The position numbers and the translations under genes were made by a program. The notes beneath the pieces were generated by a model that saw nothing but the letters and a program-made list of their open reading frames with translations, had not been told where the DNA came from and searched no databases. DNA of 63,479 nucleotides, the filler included, from Octopus bimaculoides (taxonomy: Eukaryota), in the NCBI RefSeq assembly GCF_001194135.2. It is 7 parts of 6 records of this genome, joined end to end, with 100 filler letters (N's around TTAATTAATTAA, not from the genome) between each part and the next. Parts side by side here need not be neighbours in the genome. Positions count along the whole stretch, not along the records: positions 23,532 to 29,891 come from NC_068996.1; positions 29,992 to 41,296 come from NC_068981.1; positions 41,397 to 45,334 come from NC_068987.1; 4 more parts are not named here. One strand, 5' to 3'. Of this stretch, positions 27,930 to 41,912 are shown one piece after another. Within the stretch, counting starts at the first letter, position 1, and every line of letters starts with the position of its first letter.

Positions 27930-28110
27930 GTAGCTTATTCGTTTAAGTCTACATTTGACGTTCAAAATTTTGTTTAATGTTTCTTTGCGTAGACACTCAT
28001 TTGATTTCATGAAATTCATATGGCTAAATATCCTCTCTACATCAGCATTTGTATGAGGTAAAATGAGAGGTATCAAAGCTAGCTTAGACAAACGTTCTAT
28101 AATGGATTTT
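27930..28110 (-). mobile_element. hAT transposase C-terminal dimerisation-domain remnant (element probably extends to ~28.7 kb)
   Basis: Translates LSKLALIPLILPHTNADVERIFSHMNFMKSNECLRKETLNKILNVKCRLK, matching the hAT PxSNAxxERxFS motif. Confidence 0.65.
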
Positions 28111-28946
28111 CCCCAATCAAGAAAGAAAATGTATCTGAAACCTGTGTCCGTCGTACATTTCTTAACTTATCCATTGAAAATCAGTTTTTGTTAGAAACTC
28201 TGAATCTTCATTGAAATGCTTTACAAGGTCTATAATTCCGGGTTTTATTGATTTCAGACCTGTTGAACTAAAATAACTCATTGAGTGTGAAGGACGAAAA
28301 TTCTCGAAAAGAGAAATGTCTAATTTGCTCCAAATCTTCTACAACAAATTCTATTGCATCAGTCTCATTTATCTCACTTTCTTTTGATTTCCTTCTGAAA
28401 TTGATAACCAAGATATGGCTTCGAATCTAAATAATTCTGCACTGGATCATATTCATTTAACTTCTTTCCTGGTATCATAATTGTTGAACTTAGTGAATGA
28501 ACGAGATGCGGAAGATCATTCAATAATTTAGTGGGGTCTTTTGCTTCTCCTGAAAATTCTTAACTCTCTGAATTTCAGACACGATTTGCTTAATAAAAAA
28601 AGATTAGTAAATCATATTTTTTTGTCATAGTACATTAAATATAGGACTTCAGCTGCATGGCAACGTTCTTCATTCCTTGTAATTTAGAGAGCCGTCCCCG
28701 CGTCTAACTCGGATTGTCCACCTCTTAAAAATAAAATTTGTAAACGAAGCCGCATACCGAAATATTATATAAATGGAAGTACAACTGTGTCCAAGCTATG
28801 AACAGTACCCACCTGTCAGTGAAGACGAAGACGGACGGAGTCTGTTCTATTAACAGGGACACACAAATCTAAAGGTGTCAAGGTGGGTTGGAATTTAACA
28901 AATGGCGGGGCACAGACATTTCACGGGTTAAAAAGTATCTTTTTTG

Positions 28947-29256
28947 TCTTTTGCTTGTTTCAATCATTAGACTCTGGTCATACTGGGGCACCGCCTTGAA
29001 GAATTTTTCGTCGAATGAATCAACCCCAGTACTTATTTTTTTAAAGTCTAACCTAACTTACGGGGGCGTAAACACTCCAGCACCGGTTGTCAAATTGTGG
29101 TAGAGGACACACATACGACATGTTTCTTTCAGCTTCCGTCTACCAAAGCTTTGGTGGCCTGAAGCTATAGTAGAAGACACCAGCCCAAGATACCGCGCAG
29201 TGACACTGTACACGTAACCATGTGGTTGGGAAGTAAGCTTCTTAGTATATAGCCAC
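28947..29256 (-). mobile_element. SINE family A copy with internal deletions
   Basis: Reverse-complement match to both halves of family A; almost no internal microsatellite. Confidence 0.75.
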
Positions 29257-29860
29257 AAAAATATAAAAATAAAGTAAAATTTAAGCATTGGAAATTAAGA
29301 ATTGAAAATTGAAAGTTAAAGATGAAACTTCAGAAATTGGAAAATTAAAATTAAAAAAATAAAATAATGTATTGAAATATCTATATGAAGAATAATAAAT
29401 AGCAAAAACGTTCTATACCCTACTTACAATGATTTCAAATTGTTTGTGATTTTATAGTTTTTTATTGTTTAACACAGTTATATTGTTTACTCATTAATTA
29501 TTATTATTTTTTATTAATTAAACTCTTAGTTATTTAGTAGCCTTCCGCAAGAGCAAACACAAAAGTATTTGAAAAAAACATTTATAAAACTGAATTCTTT
29601 TTATATCCAGTGGTATTCGTCCTACATATATTTCAAATTTATGACGATTTCCAGGTGTTACTAATCTTTTTTTTATTTTGGCTAAAATTCCTGTAGAAAT
29701 ACAGAAATTTGTATCGTAGTGTGCAGCTGAAGCATTCATTAATGCGGCATGAATTTTGGCCAAAAAATACCGAACAGAATTCTGATTTCACTCTAATGAA
29801 AACACTAATTTAAGCACTAAATTATGTATATTTATATATATATATATGTGTGTGTGTGTG

Positions 29861-29891
<31 letters not shown>

Positions 29892-29991
29892 NNNNNNNNN
29901 NNNNNNNNNNNNNNNNNNNNNNNNNNNNNNNNNNNTTAATTAATTAANNNNNNNNNNNNNNNNNNNNNNNNNNNNNNNNNNNNNNNNNNNN
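29892..29991. other. Artificial 100-bp contig spacer
   Basis: N44-TTAATTAATTAA-N44. Confidence 0.97.
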
Positions 29992-30146
29992 ATCACACCT
30001 AACACACAGTTATATTTTACAAGTTCGAAAGACGAATTGAAAGCGCTAATATAAGTATAAAATAAATGAAAGAAGTTATTCCAAAACTCTGACGACTTTT
30101 TTTTCAATATTTACTTCTGTGCATCACACACACACACACACACACA

Positions 30147-30148
30147 CA

Positions 30149-30226
<78 letters not shown>
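30147..30226. repeat. (CGCA)n microsatellite abutting a SINE B head
   Basis: Direct reading. Confidence 0.97.
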
Positions 30227-30227
<1 letters not shown>

Positions 30228-30233
30228 GCGCGC

Positions 30234-30323
30234 GGCGGCGAGCTGGCAGAAACATTACCACGCCGGTAACGTGTCTTTGTTTGTCCCCTCTGTGTGTAGC
30301 CCCTTGTGGGTAGTAAAGAAATA
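30234..30323 (+). mobile_element. Internally deleted SINE family B (head fused to X tail)
   Basis: ggcggcgagctggcagaaacattaccacgccgg joined to gtgtctttgtttgtcccctctgtgtgtagccccttgtgggtagtaaagaaata. Confidence 0.75.
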
Positions 30324-30468
30324 ACACACACACATATATATGCGTATATATTTATATATATGCGTATATATATATATTTCGATGTACATATATATATATG
30401 TATATATGTATGTATATGTATATATACATCTATATATATGCACACACACACACACACATATATATGCG

Positions 30469-30502
<34 letters not shown>

Positions 30503-31023
30503 CACACATGATGTCTGTATCTCAAGCAGATATTAGCGGGTAACATTACTCTCATGCTTATTTAAATCGGGCGCTGTAGAATGCTGGAACACCATCATTA
30601 TACTTGTAGACATTTTGTATTCATTAATTTGCCTCTATCAGAGAATGACAGTAAGTTACGTTGTTTATATAAATTCAGAAAATGCTACATAAATCTACTA
30701 TCTATTACGATATTTATAAAAGTGGACGAAAAAATAAATTGTATCTCTTTGTATTGATTATTTTACTACAAAGTCCAAAGCATTTATTTGAAACTGTAGT
30801 AAATTTCATAAAAACCTTTTGTTACTGAAGTTACTTATATCTTTCTTTTGTGATGGTTAGACATCAATAAGAAAAAAGAAATGTAATAAATATTTATTTT
30901 CATTTTGTTCAACAGTTAGATTTCTTAAGGTTTCTATGAAAGGTATTGTAACTAAAATCTTACAATCCCTCTTTGTCTGTCTTTGGCTCTCCCAATTTTC
31001 TTATCTCCCTCTCTCTCCACACA

Positions 31024-31068
<45 letters not shown>

Positions 31069-33156
31069 ATACATACATACATACATGCATACACATTATA
31101 TATATACAAAAGTAGCTTATTGTTGAGACGTGCTCCATCACGCTCATATTGCGGATCATTGTGAAGAGAAATTTAGTTGAAAAAATTGTCATGTGAAATT
31201 TCAACAGATATCAGAGCGTTTTCGCTTCATTACAGTATGCAAAAGGATCGTCCATAAGAATTTGACAAAATATTTCCGAGCAGTAAACTGAAAAGAAAGG
31301 CAACATCTTAGGGTCTTAGTTGAGTATACTTATTTAATTACAATGAAAACGTTATGTCTTTTCTTTCGCAAATAACTGTTTCGAAAGATTTAAACCAACC
31401 GAATAACATTAATTAGAATACAAATTTTTCCTACGAAGAAAATAAGGTGACAATTTAACTTTCATTCATACCAGAGTACTTGGGGTGGTTTAATGGGAGA
31501 ATTACGTTAAAGAATATTGTCGGTTATGTTGGCCCTTCGTTATCAGTTTTGTGGTGGAGTACGGACGGGTGATAAGTGCAGAGATAATAAAATGTAATAT
31601 CTGGTAATGTGGCCTGTATTTGGATATTTCTGTCCTAGTGACTACAAAGCACTTTGGGAGCTGTGCCACGTCACGTGCTTTAAAATTAAAACACCGCTAA
31701 AAGACAGAGACGAGAGAGCTGCAAATATTTTTGCATTAACAATAACAACAACCAGACAACCCAGAAGATGCTACAACAATTTTTCTAATGTATGCATTGA
31801 AAATCTTTGCAAAATATTCTTTTACTTTATGTTTAAGAGAAATATTTCTTTTCTTCTTCCGAAATTTCTTATTTGAAAATTGTTCTTGCCATCCTTTTTC
31901 CAAGGTTATACATCCCAACGCATTCACTAAACGAAGTACTCTTCATTTTCTCATATGCCACCTTCTTGCAACCGTGACGAAGAGAAAGGAAATGAAAAGA
32001 GATAGAAACATTTTTTGGAGACATTAGAAAAAACAAAATCAATAAAATGTTCAGTTTGAAATTTTCTGAGATTTTGGGTGACTTTTCCTCCTCCATCATC
32101 CAATTAACGTGCTAATTCAATTCTTCTCACTGTGTACTGTGTATACATACCCGGGGATAATGGTTTGTGCTTCAGATAAAAATTGAGGACCTTGTCAAAT
32201 CCTGTTTCTCTCCAACTGAACTCCAGTATGTTAAGAGTTTAGCCGGATTTGATGGGCCACACGTTCGATGCTATCATATATTTTCCTCTTTCCTTCTTAG
32301 CCATTGTTCTATCAAGTTTTCGACGTTTTTTCCCCCCTGCATGATTTTGCCGGCTTCCAGCGTGCTCCTGTTTTATTGATGTGTTTGTCTTTCAGGTCCT
32401 TTTTTGTTTTCTGTGCTGGTTACCTTCTCCTCATTTACGTTTAGTAATGATGTCTTTTTATGTAAGGAACAAGAAAGAAAGTAAAAAGCACAATTTCAAG
32501 CAAAAAGTGGCGAGAGCTTCGATAGATTGTCAAAGGTGCAGAAATATCTAGCTGATTTATAGTACGATAATTGCTCCATCGTCCAAGGTGTAAGGAAATA
32601 AGGAATGTGTGCCTGGTTTTAAGACCAAGGACGAGGCAGGAACTGATGCGTTACATATCTGTTTATAATCTGGTGCCGTCGACATTCATGTCTTTCTCGT
32701 CGTCATTTTTAGCAAAAGCAATACTCCAGAGCTATACTCCATTATCTAGGTAGAAGGGAAAGCATTTAAACAAATACTACATGGCAAGAAGTCCAGTTGC
32801 TATACATGTTTCACAAAGAGACAGTTGCGTGTTTTCTAATTATAAGGGCTGGGAAACAGAAGAAGTAAGCCGGGGAATAACAAGATAAGTAGTAGAAATG
32901 ACACTCGTAGTTTCCGGAGCACTTATTGTTGCAGTTCCGAGTATCGCTGACAAAATTAAACACCTCATAGTTAACACTAGGACCAGAAGACTAAAAAGCC
33001 GAATGTTGCTCATCTTCTTGTTACAATGTAGAACAAATTAAGAATGGTGTTAGGTGGTGAGATGCCGAGAACAATAGGAAGAAGAAAAATATCCAATATG
33101 TCATTCTGGTAAGATATTGTTCAATGAAATTATAGGTTTCAAATAAATCGTCGTCG

Positions 33157-33195
<39 letters not shown>

Positions 33196-34553
33196 CCATC
33201 ATCATCGCCACCAGTACCGCCACCACCACCACCACCACCACCACCATCATCATCATCATCGTCATCAACAACATCAACAACAACATCGACTGCAGGGCTG
33301 CAGCGCTGTAAACGTAGACGTATACAGCATTGTAATTTGGGAATATAGAATTGTGTTGAGAAATAAGGTCTGTTGCATTCTATTTTCATTTTAATGTTAT
33401 GTCTGTTGTGTTGTGTATGTACTCTATGACATGCTATTGTTGTGCTCCGAATAAACTCTGTCCATCATATGTAACGTGTTTTAGATTCGATTAATGAGTG
33501 TATAGAATTCCAATTCATTAGGCTGCATTACACTAATTAACAACCAATTTATAGAATGAGGTTTGTTGAGGCGTTATTGTTATGTCGTCGAGTATCAATT
33601 ACGTAAGAGAATGTCGTATGTTATTTTATTTCCTGTTACGTAGAATATATTTTGTGGTAGCCATTGTTGTATTAATGGTGATTCAGTAGAGCAGGGTTTA
33701 CACACCGGGTTGTGAGGAATACAATCAATCTGTATCACTTATTCAAGTTTTTGTGGCTGATTTAAAAAGAGATATACACAGTGTGGATTCCATTTTTCAA
33801 AAACATGTTTTATTCAAAAACGGTTGTGTTTATGTAATCAATGTTATAAACAGTGCAACTATCAGTATGTGAAGAATCAAAGTAACATTTTGATTCCGTA
33901 CAGATTGAGATATACACTGCTATTAAAACAATGACTCACTCTCCTACCACCCCTCTCTCACTCTGTCTCACATAGACAGAGATAAAATACGCTGCTAAAA
34001 CAATGAAAACACACAGAGGTACAATATCCTCATGCACACTTAAGCACTTTCACTCAACGACTGTCACTTTCATCATTTGTCTTTGACAAAACAGGATATT
34101 CGCTGTTATACAGCTAAAGCTGACTGTCAGTTTAAAATACTTGCACTTACCCACACATTATATGTGTGTGTGTGTATATATATATATATAAATATATATA
34201 GGTATGCAGAGTTAGCGGTTGCAGTAACCAAATAAGGGATAAAAATATCTGTATTTACTATCCCTGTGCTATCCCTGGGCATGGGTATGCAGATACATTA
34301 TGCTCGTAGAGTACAAGCAACAACAGAATAAGCAAAAGTTTATCACGAAATGGAGAAAACTTTTGATGAACAAACAAACAAACTGGACCACATGACATAA
34401 CATTTCTTACGGCCGTCTCTACTTCCAATGCCAGTCGGTGCTTACGAAAGAATTTCGAAATTCTTATTATATGTCATGTTTTGTATTAAAAGATAATCTA
34501 CAGCTGTGGTCCAATTTGTTTGTTTGCTGATCAAAAGTTTTCTCCATTTTCTG

Positions 34554-34586
<33 letters not shown>

Positions 34587-34610
34587 CGCACGTATATATA
34601 CATGTTTATA

Positions 34611-35180
34611 CAGGGTGTCCCAAAAGACACTGATGAGATTCAATTTTTAATAACTTCCTTAATTTTTCAAATAAATGCATGAAATTTTGATTCAATATAA
34701 AGGACATAATGGAAATTAATATGCACAAGTCAAAATTTGCAACATCATATCTGAAAAATGACATCGCTTAAATGGAAGCCATTTTCAGCTTCGCACGCCC
34801 GTGCTCTTTCCAAGACTTGCATCATAACACCCTCAAGAGCTTCAGACCTTACTTCTCTGATTTCTCTATTGATGTTCTTCTTCAGTTTCACCGGGGTCTC
34901 CGGTTTGTTGCCGTAAACCGTCTCTTTCAGGTATCCCCACGAGAAAACATACGGACTAGTCAAATCTGGGAAAGGTGAAGGCCAGTTGGTATTGTCGTAG
35001 CGGGAGATGATTCTCTCTCCAAAGCACTACCGCAGCAACTGCATTGTTTCTCTTGCGGTATGAACAGTTTGCCCATCTTGCTGGAACCATGTGTGAGGCT
35101 TATTTTGAATGGCATTACTTTCGTCATTCTCTTTGTTGCTTCATATTTTATAATCAATAGATCCCCAGTTGACATATCCT
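34611..35180 (-). mobile_element. 3' half of a Tc1/mariner-superfamily transposon, DD41D (rosa-like) spacing
   Basis: TA followed by a TIR-like cagggtgtcccaaaag at 34611. Minus-strand translation WFQQDGQTVHTARETMQLLR*CFGERIISRYDNTNWPSPFPDLTSPYVFSWGYLKETVY. There are 41 residues between the QQDG Asp and the third catalytic position (now Tyr, tat from gat). No matching left TIR seen. Confidence 0.8.
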
Positions 35181-35319
35181 TAAAATGAATAAGTTATATG
35201 CCTATAGCAGAACGCATGTAGGGTGAATGAAAGAGCTGTTATTAATTTTGATACTAAAGGAAGTTCGTCATAAAATGCAACTTCGTAGCTGCAAAATGAA
35301 CGAAATAAAAATAGAAAAT

Positions 35320-36965
35320 AGGATGAAATTTCCATAGCGTATGGTTTCTCTCGGGGTGGTAAGAGGACTAGATCAAGTGGATAATCGGCTGTATGTGAAC
35401 AAATGTGAAGCATTAAATGCTTCAATCCAATTAAACCACAACAACATTTAGAGGCAACACATTTTATGACAACCATTGTAAAGTACAATGTTTGGAAGTA
35501 AATCGAAGGAAAGCTACATTTTCAATATTACATAAAAAGGTAAGCAAATATGTATTATTTGCTTCATATAGCATTGGTTATTCGCTAGCAGAACAGGTAT
35601 AGTAAATACGATTGCAGAAAACTAATAAAGCCTTGTGCAAAAGACTTGTTGGAATAAAAGATGAATGAAAAAAATATGTAAAATATATTAATAACATACC
35701 AATTTCAAATGGTACTGCTTGAAGTGATATCAATGAAAAGTTAATTTTGTGGAGAGATTGAGCTTACGATATGAGCTAAAGCCAACTCAACATGCTTTAC
35801 AAATGGCTAGTTCAGAGGTTTTGCTTGTGTGGTGTGAAGGTAGCATTGGAGAAGACTTTTTAATCAGACTGCCTTCGTAGAACCAGGATAGACGTAAGCA
35901 ATATTTAATTTTTATTAATTCATTTATGAATAAAAAATGAAATCTCGCGGAAAATTTGTTCAAGTATTATTGACAGAACTACAGCTCTAGTGGTAAGGAA
36001 AACTTTTGGGGTCTGTTACAAGAGGCCGGGTGGGTGGGGGAATCCAAAACCTTGAGGCACACATTTTACAAACTGTAAAACGTATGCGGCAAGATATGAA
36101 ATTAGGAGCAAACGATATTGGAAACCTGACTAGTTTTATTAAATCATGATCACTAAATGAAGGAATCTTCAGTTTATTACGTGAAATCTACATGAAACTT
36201 TATTACAGAAGTGTGCTGCTTATTGTGCGGAAATTGTTGGCACTGTTTTACTAATTATGTGAAGAAATTACGTTATTTCTATCTGAGCATCATTTGAATG
36301 GAAATAACTGGTATGTCTTCTTGGTATATTCACTTATTTCAATGAAGTTCATCTTGCGATGCAGAAAAATAATGTAACATGTTTCAATATCCAAAGCAAA
36401 ATTAATGCACCTCAGTGAATCTAGGGTAACTGTACAGCTAAAAATGTAATTATTATTTTCCTATGAAGCAAACGTTCTTTCTTTAAAATACAAAGCAAAA
36501 ATATTTCTGTAACATTTGTATGATATGTGTATGTTAACACGAGTATTTTCCCGATGTAATTGATAGCCAACTTTGGGTTGACAAACGAGGTGCAGGCTTG
36601 TTAAATTTAAGCAATTGTTTACTGAAGAAAATAGTTTGCTGAACAAATACACATTACAACAGATTTTATCTTTATATCAAATTCGTAACAAGTAAAAATG
36701 ACAACATTTCGGATAGCGTTATTAATGGAGTACCCTGATATCAACTAAAAATATTTAAAGGAGCTAATGCGTTTCCTAAATATATATTATGTGAAATAAT
36801 ATTTTCATTACATTCAGCAATAGAAAATAAATTTAGAGACAGATTAAGTTTCGGTTACAAGAAATATATCCCTAATTCTAAATTTTAAAATTATATATGA
36901 TCACGAACATGCTCAATGAAGTAACCTTCTTTCCTACTTCTTGTTATGAAGTTGATATTTCCAAC
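35320..36965 (+). mobile_element. Highly decayed hAT (Charlie/Buster, ZBED5/SCAND3-like) transposase remnant
   Basis: Colinear fragments across shifting frames: DEISIAYGF, VCEQM*SIKCFNPIKPQQHLEATH (BED-finger-like), TIAEKLIKPCAKD, IPISNGT, FIKS*SLNEGIFSLL, LCEEITLFLSEH, DIFTYFNEVHLAMQ, FPTSCYEVDIS. Termini not identified. Confidence 0.68.
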
Positions 36966-37149
36966 GATTAAGGTAAGAAAAATTGCTAAAATATGTTACA
37001 TAATTTTTATTCTAAAATTTATTTATGGCGTAGCTATGTTTTTTCCTTGAAAATCTCTTGAGCTTAAAGGGTTTTATGACTACAAAAAGTGAGAAAACCT
37101 CGCATAGAGTATGTGTTATATATTTAGATCACTATTGAACAGAGTAAGA

Positions 37150-37910
37150 CATGTGTGCAGAGAGTATGCTACATGAGAAGTACTATTGAATTGAAGGCTT
37201 CTTGCATACTCAGTTGAGGATAGCATAAACCATCCAGACAAGACGTAGTCAATTGTCTCTCTGCTTGTTCCACAAAAGCGATTGGAAGGATCAGCACCAT
37301 TTTAAAGAAGGTTGCCTTGGTAATTTCTATTAGACAGACACTGAACATGAGCTGCGATACCGATGCTTTCTGTTTCTGGTTTAAGTCTAGATACAGATAA
37401 CTCCTGTCAATATCAGGAGTGCTGGCTCTTGTAGGATATTTACCATGTAATGCTTTATATTCCCATCTGTTACTCAGCTCTGAGATTCAATCTGAATTGA
37501 CTTGAGTCTTTATTTGTTTTGCTTCCTCACTTCTGTTTCATCTAGTTATATCTCAATCTCGATGGTCTTTATTTCTATGCATATTTATTTGCTTCCTTTG
37601 GTATTGTGTGTATATTTTTGGTACTTTCATGTAACGAGACAAGTTCAAGCATCCATTTTCTAGAGTTCTTTAGATAGGTGTCTAACTCTATGGTTGCTCT
37701 TTTTGGAAACAGTTGCTTCTGCATCAGTCCATATCCTCCATCCTTTCCTGAAATGCATAGCCCCTCTATATCTGCCTTTGGATGATGCATGTCGTGTATT
37801 ATGAGAAAATTGCGTATTTTTGTATCAATCCTTTCTTATCTCGTTGATGGGCGATGCTATGAATTGAAGCTGTAGATCGCAACAGATACTGATTGCAACA
37901 ATCACATTTC
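37150..37910 (-). mobile_element. R4/Dong LINE fragment (post-RT region)
   Basis: ORF 37575-37790 MHHPKADIEGLCISGKDGGYGL matches the HHPKADxxRLYxxRxxGGRGL motif. Confidence 0.75.
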
Positions 37911-37953
37911 TCGCATTAAGTTTACTGTTAAGACAATTATAATATATTTACAG

Positions 37954-38009
37954 TCTTCTTCTTCTTCTTCTTCTTCTTCTTCTTCTTCTTCTTCTTCTTC
38001 TTCTTCTTC
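37954..38009. repeat. (TTC)n microsatellite
   Basis: Direct reading. Confidence 0.98.
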
Positions 38010-39049
38010 ACTAGTCTAGTGTTATTGTTAATCAATATCATCCGCGCCAGACTCGTCACTAAACGTCGGTTGGTCACTCTGTTAACTATCAATATATAAG
38101 CATTTTAATCTTTGATAACGGGCTACTTTGCGGTCTATTCTCACGAAGACAATCTCCAGCCTTGCGCTCTCCAACAGACATTCGTTTCAATGAGTCGACT
38201 AAATACTTCAGATAAGAAAGATGTTAAAGCAATAGTACTTTTTCAGATATACTACAATTAAGAACATTTTAAATCTACGTAGCCAAGTTACTGGTAAAAA
38301 AAATATTTAACAAAAAAACATGTAACACATGGAAACCTTTTGCTCTCCCTCTGTTCTTTTTCGGCAGAATAATGTATTATGCTCCTCCAAGTAATCTATT
38401 CGATTTTCACCATCAACCAAGCCCGACAAACACGTGCATTTCTCTTCCTCTTGCTTCACATGTTTTGTTTTCCAAGCATCTTTTCGAAATAATAATAACC
38501 TAGAAAATCCTTCACACATACGTTCTCCTTACTGTCGTCGACGTACTGCTGCTGAGACCAAATATTGCCCATAAAAGGTGCCCCAATTATAGCAAGGATT
38601 TGTATCTGTCACAGATAAAGTTCATGACTAAATACAACCGCAAATAAACATACAAATAAATAAATAAATAAATAAAATGCATGGTCCTCGAATGTTGTTC
38701 AATTAATTTAACAAACTTTAAGTAATGAAATCATAGTTTGGTGTGTGTTGCTAGGTGATTTCATGCCAATTAACCAGGCCAGATTGGCTTTATATGGAGT
38801 TGTATGAAGCATTTATGTGTGTAGCAACACCTCTGTTTCAAACCAGGGAGAACTTCGCTTTGAGTCTCAAATACACTTATAATATTTTAGTAGTTGTTAG
38901 CGGTACAGTATTTTCTGACTCTAAAAGTATGTGATGCAGTTTTTATTATATTTTATTATATTTCCTAATGTGTGCGTTCATCAGGAAATGTCCTACGTAG
39001 AAGTGAGATATAACCGTTTTAGCAACTTCAAGCTTCCTAGCTGCGAGTT

Positions 39050-40720
39050 AATCGTGCTTTTGTTGCCTGTCTTTTTTAGTCGCGAGTGACGGAAGTATCC
39101 ATAAGCAGTTACAGGGCCTCCGAGGCAAGTGGGTGGAATGATGGAAGATATCTTGAAACTGGAAGCCCGAATCCAAGGCTTACAACACTGCGGGTCTCGC
39201 TAAAATACTCAAGGTGCCAGGTGGTGCTGAGAAACCGGTCGATAGGTTAAATCTAGAGCGCAAAGGGATTTAATATTTTGATAGGTTAGTGTTGTGTTTT
39301 GGTGTTATTGATAACAAAAAAGGAAATGGCAGTACTGGACGATGTTTACATGTGAATTTGCCTCGTGATATTTAGGGTACGCGTAAATGACGCTTCGCTT
39401 TGGAAATTTAAGGAGGAATCAATGGGTATAACGTCTGCAGATGAGTGAACTTTGGTCTAGGCAGCACAATGATGCCAATGACGCATAGGAGAGGTTTGTG
39501 TGAATCCAGGGGTATATTAACATGAAATGCATATATGCCAGAGAGTGCTCCTTTCGCACTTACTACGAGTGTAAATTCTAACACAATGCAACCGATCCAA
39601 GAGTCAAGTGAAGGATGGGACTCATAGGCTTGAAGTTTTAACAGACAATCTGCATGCCAGATGTGATCGATTGCTTTGCTGGTGTTGGGTGTAACGACAC
39701 TCCATATTGATTTTTTTTTTCGAGAGCAAAGCTTCACGAGTTCGACATAGGGAGATGCATCTGGCTTTACGAAACCTATACTAGTGATACTTAACAGCCG
39801 GAAATAAATTAATTGTGTCGTAAACGGTGGATTTAATAAATGCCACAATCATAATTGGAAAGTTGGATGGGATTATGATAGGGTAATAGTTGACAGGATT
39901 AAATGGTTTTTCTCTTTTTCTCTCCAAATTTGTATTCTCGTAGAGAGATGCAGATTAAAAGGGCTTACTCTGATGTATGATGGTAGAGGATAATGCAAAA
40001 TACATTCAAAGAGCTATTTTTGTTTAGAGTAACTGGAAATGATTTCAAGCTTAGAGTATGTACGAATGTGTGTAGTTAGTCTGGTGGGATGAAAACAGAC
40101 AGTTTGGGAGGATATTTTCCTAGCGTGTGCAGTGTGATATTAGATGTAATGCAAGCAGATTTGCTCTCCGAAATATTCTCCTAACAGAAAAATCAATATG
40201 TTTAAGGAGTGTGAGAATAAGATTTCTACAAATTTGGTAGAGATACATTTGCATGGATCCGGAAGAGCCAGCTGCAATTTGCGAAGAGATTGTTTCAGAT
40301 CTGTTCAGCACAGGAAGGTATCTAACTCGTTTCGGAAAGTTTAAAGGAGCGAGAAGAGTTGTGGGTGAAGTAACTGTATTTAGAATAGTGAGGGATTGAT
40401 ACATTAATAGGGATAACTGGAAGTTTTCTGTTGCTGATATCCAAGCAAGAGAAGTGAAGGGTGGAGAAAGCGCAGGCAATATTTTTGAAAGTACAGCTAG
40501 TGTAGCACAAGGATGATTATTGTCTATGACGTAATGTTGAACGTTTTACAGATCGGTGAAGTATAGGAAGTCTGGGTTCTTTATTAATAAATGGTGACGT
40601 GTTGATCAAATTTAGGTTTGAGGTAGCGGGCATTTGAGTGATCGTGAAAATTGCTCTGCGGAATTCCAATGAACTTTTGATGTTTAGGAATAAGCAGAAA
40701 GTACATGAGTTCAAAACACG
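39050..40720 (-). mobile_element. Degenerate CR1-like LINE remnant
   Basis: ORF 39408-39848 contains TSKAIDHIWHADCLLKLQAYESHPSLDSWIG, a decayed ISKAFDxVWH-GLLxKL motif. Flanking sequence has further RT-like and weaker endonuclease-like fragments. Ends approximate. Confidence 0.68.
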
Positions 40721-41233
40721 GCGAGATCAACTTTATATTTTATATGTTCACGTCGATAAGATTAGTACCAGACAATTACGACAGTACATTGAACTCTCCT
40801 TAAATTTATATTAGTTCTGTATATGTATTTACTTAAGCTAAATGTTAAAGCGGTTCACCCTTTAACTTGTCAGTACATATATATCTGACATGTCACCGTT
40901 TTCATTGATTATATTAAATTTGTCTGTAGGTTCTGTGTTCAAAGTTGTTCCATCGTGCTTGGGACAATGTTTCCTAAAGTAGCAGAATATTAAAGAACAG
41001 TTAAAATTATATTCTCTTTGTTTCGCATTCTTTTACAATCTTGTTTGCTTCAGGAAAACTACTAAGAATTTTTAAGAGTTATGTATTATGAAGAAGAAAT
41101 TATGTATTTCATAATAGCTTTTCTGTAAGAAGTGTTCTTAACAAAGAATTATAACTTTCAAAGCTATGCACGCTCACACACAAACGCACACACATCACAG
41201 ACATACATATGTATGTGTGTAAATATTTTCATG

Positions 41234-41296
<63 letters not shown>

Positions 41297-41396
41297 NNNN
41301 NNNNNNNNNNNNNNNNNNNNNNNNNNNNNNNNNNNNNNNNTTAATTAATTAANNNNNNNNNNNNNNNNNNNNNNNNNNNNNNNNNNNNNNNNNNNN
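41297..41396. other. Artificial 100-bp contig spacer
   Basis: N44-TTAATTAATTAA-N44. Confidence 0.97.
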
Positions 41397-41403
41397 ATAT
41401 ATA

Positions 41404-41582
41404 TATTTCTTTACTGCTCACAAGGGGCTAAACATAGAGGGGACAAACAGAGACAGAAAGAGGGATAAAGTCGATTAGATCGACCCCAGTGCGTAACTGG
41501 TACTTAATTTATGGACCCCGACAGAATGAAAGGCAAAGTCAACCTCGGCGGAATTTGAACTCAGAACGTAACAGCAGACGAT
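41404..41582 (-). mobile_element. SINE family B monomer with X-type tail
   Basis: tatttctttactgctcacaaggggctaaacatagaggggacaaac...cggcggaatttgaactcagaacgta. Confidence 0.82.
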
Positions 41583-41650
41583 ATATACCCATATATATCC
41601 AGACTCATACGTACATACATATACGCACAAGTTCATATATAAGTGCATAT

Positions 41651-41720
<70 letters not shown>

Positions 41721-41730
41721 NNNNNNNNNN

Positions 41731-41785
<55 letters not shown>

Positions 41786-41868
41786 TATGCTTACATACAA
41801 GCATACACTCACAAAAAACACACACACACAACACATATATATGTATACATATATACGCACATATATGC

Positions 41869-41912
<44 letters not shown>

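Noticed and set aside
29530-29763. 77-aa ORF with faint piggyBac C-terminal resemblance
   Set aside because: No catalytic motif, TTAA-bounded TIR or clear alignment that I can support.
32500-32950. Possible LINE RT remnant (GFKTK...TDAL, KAFKQILH); similar weak hints at 9870-10140, 12430-13000, 23800-23860, 38300-38520 and 61850-62300
   Set aside because: Motif matches are only partial. These are probably old retroelement debris, but I cannot assign families.
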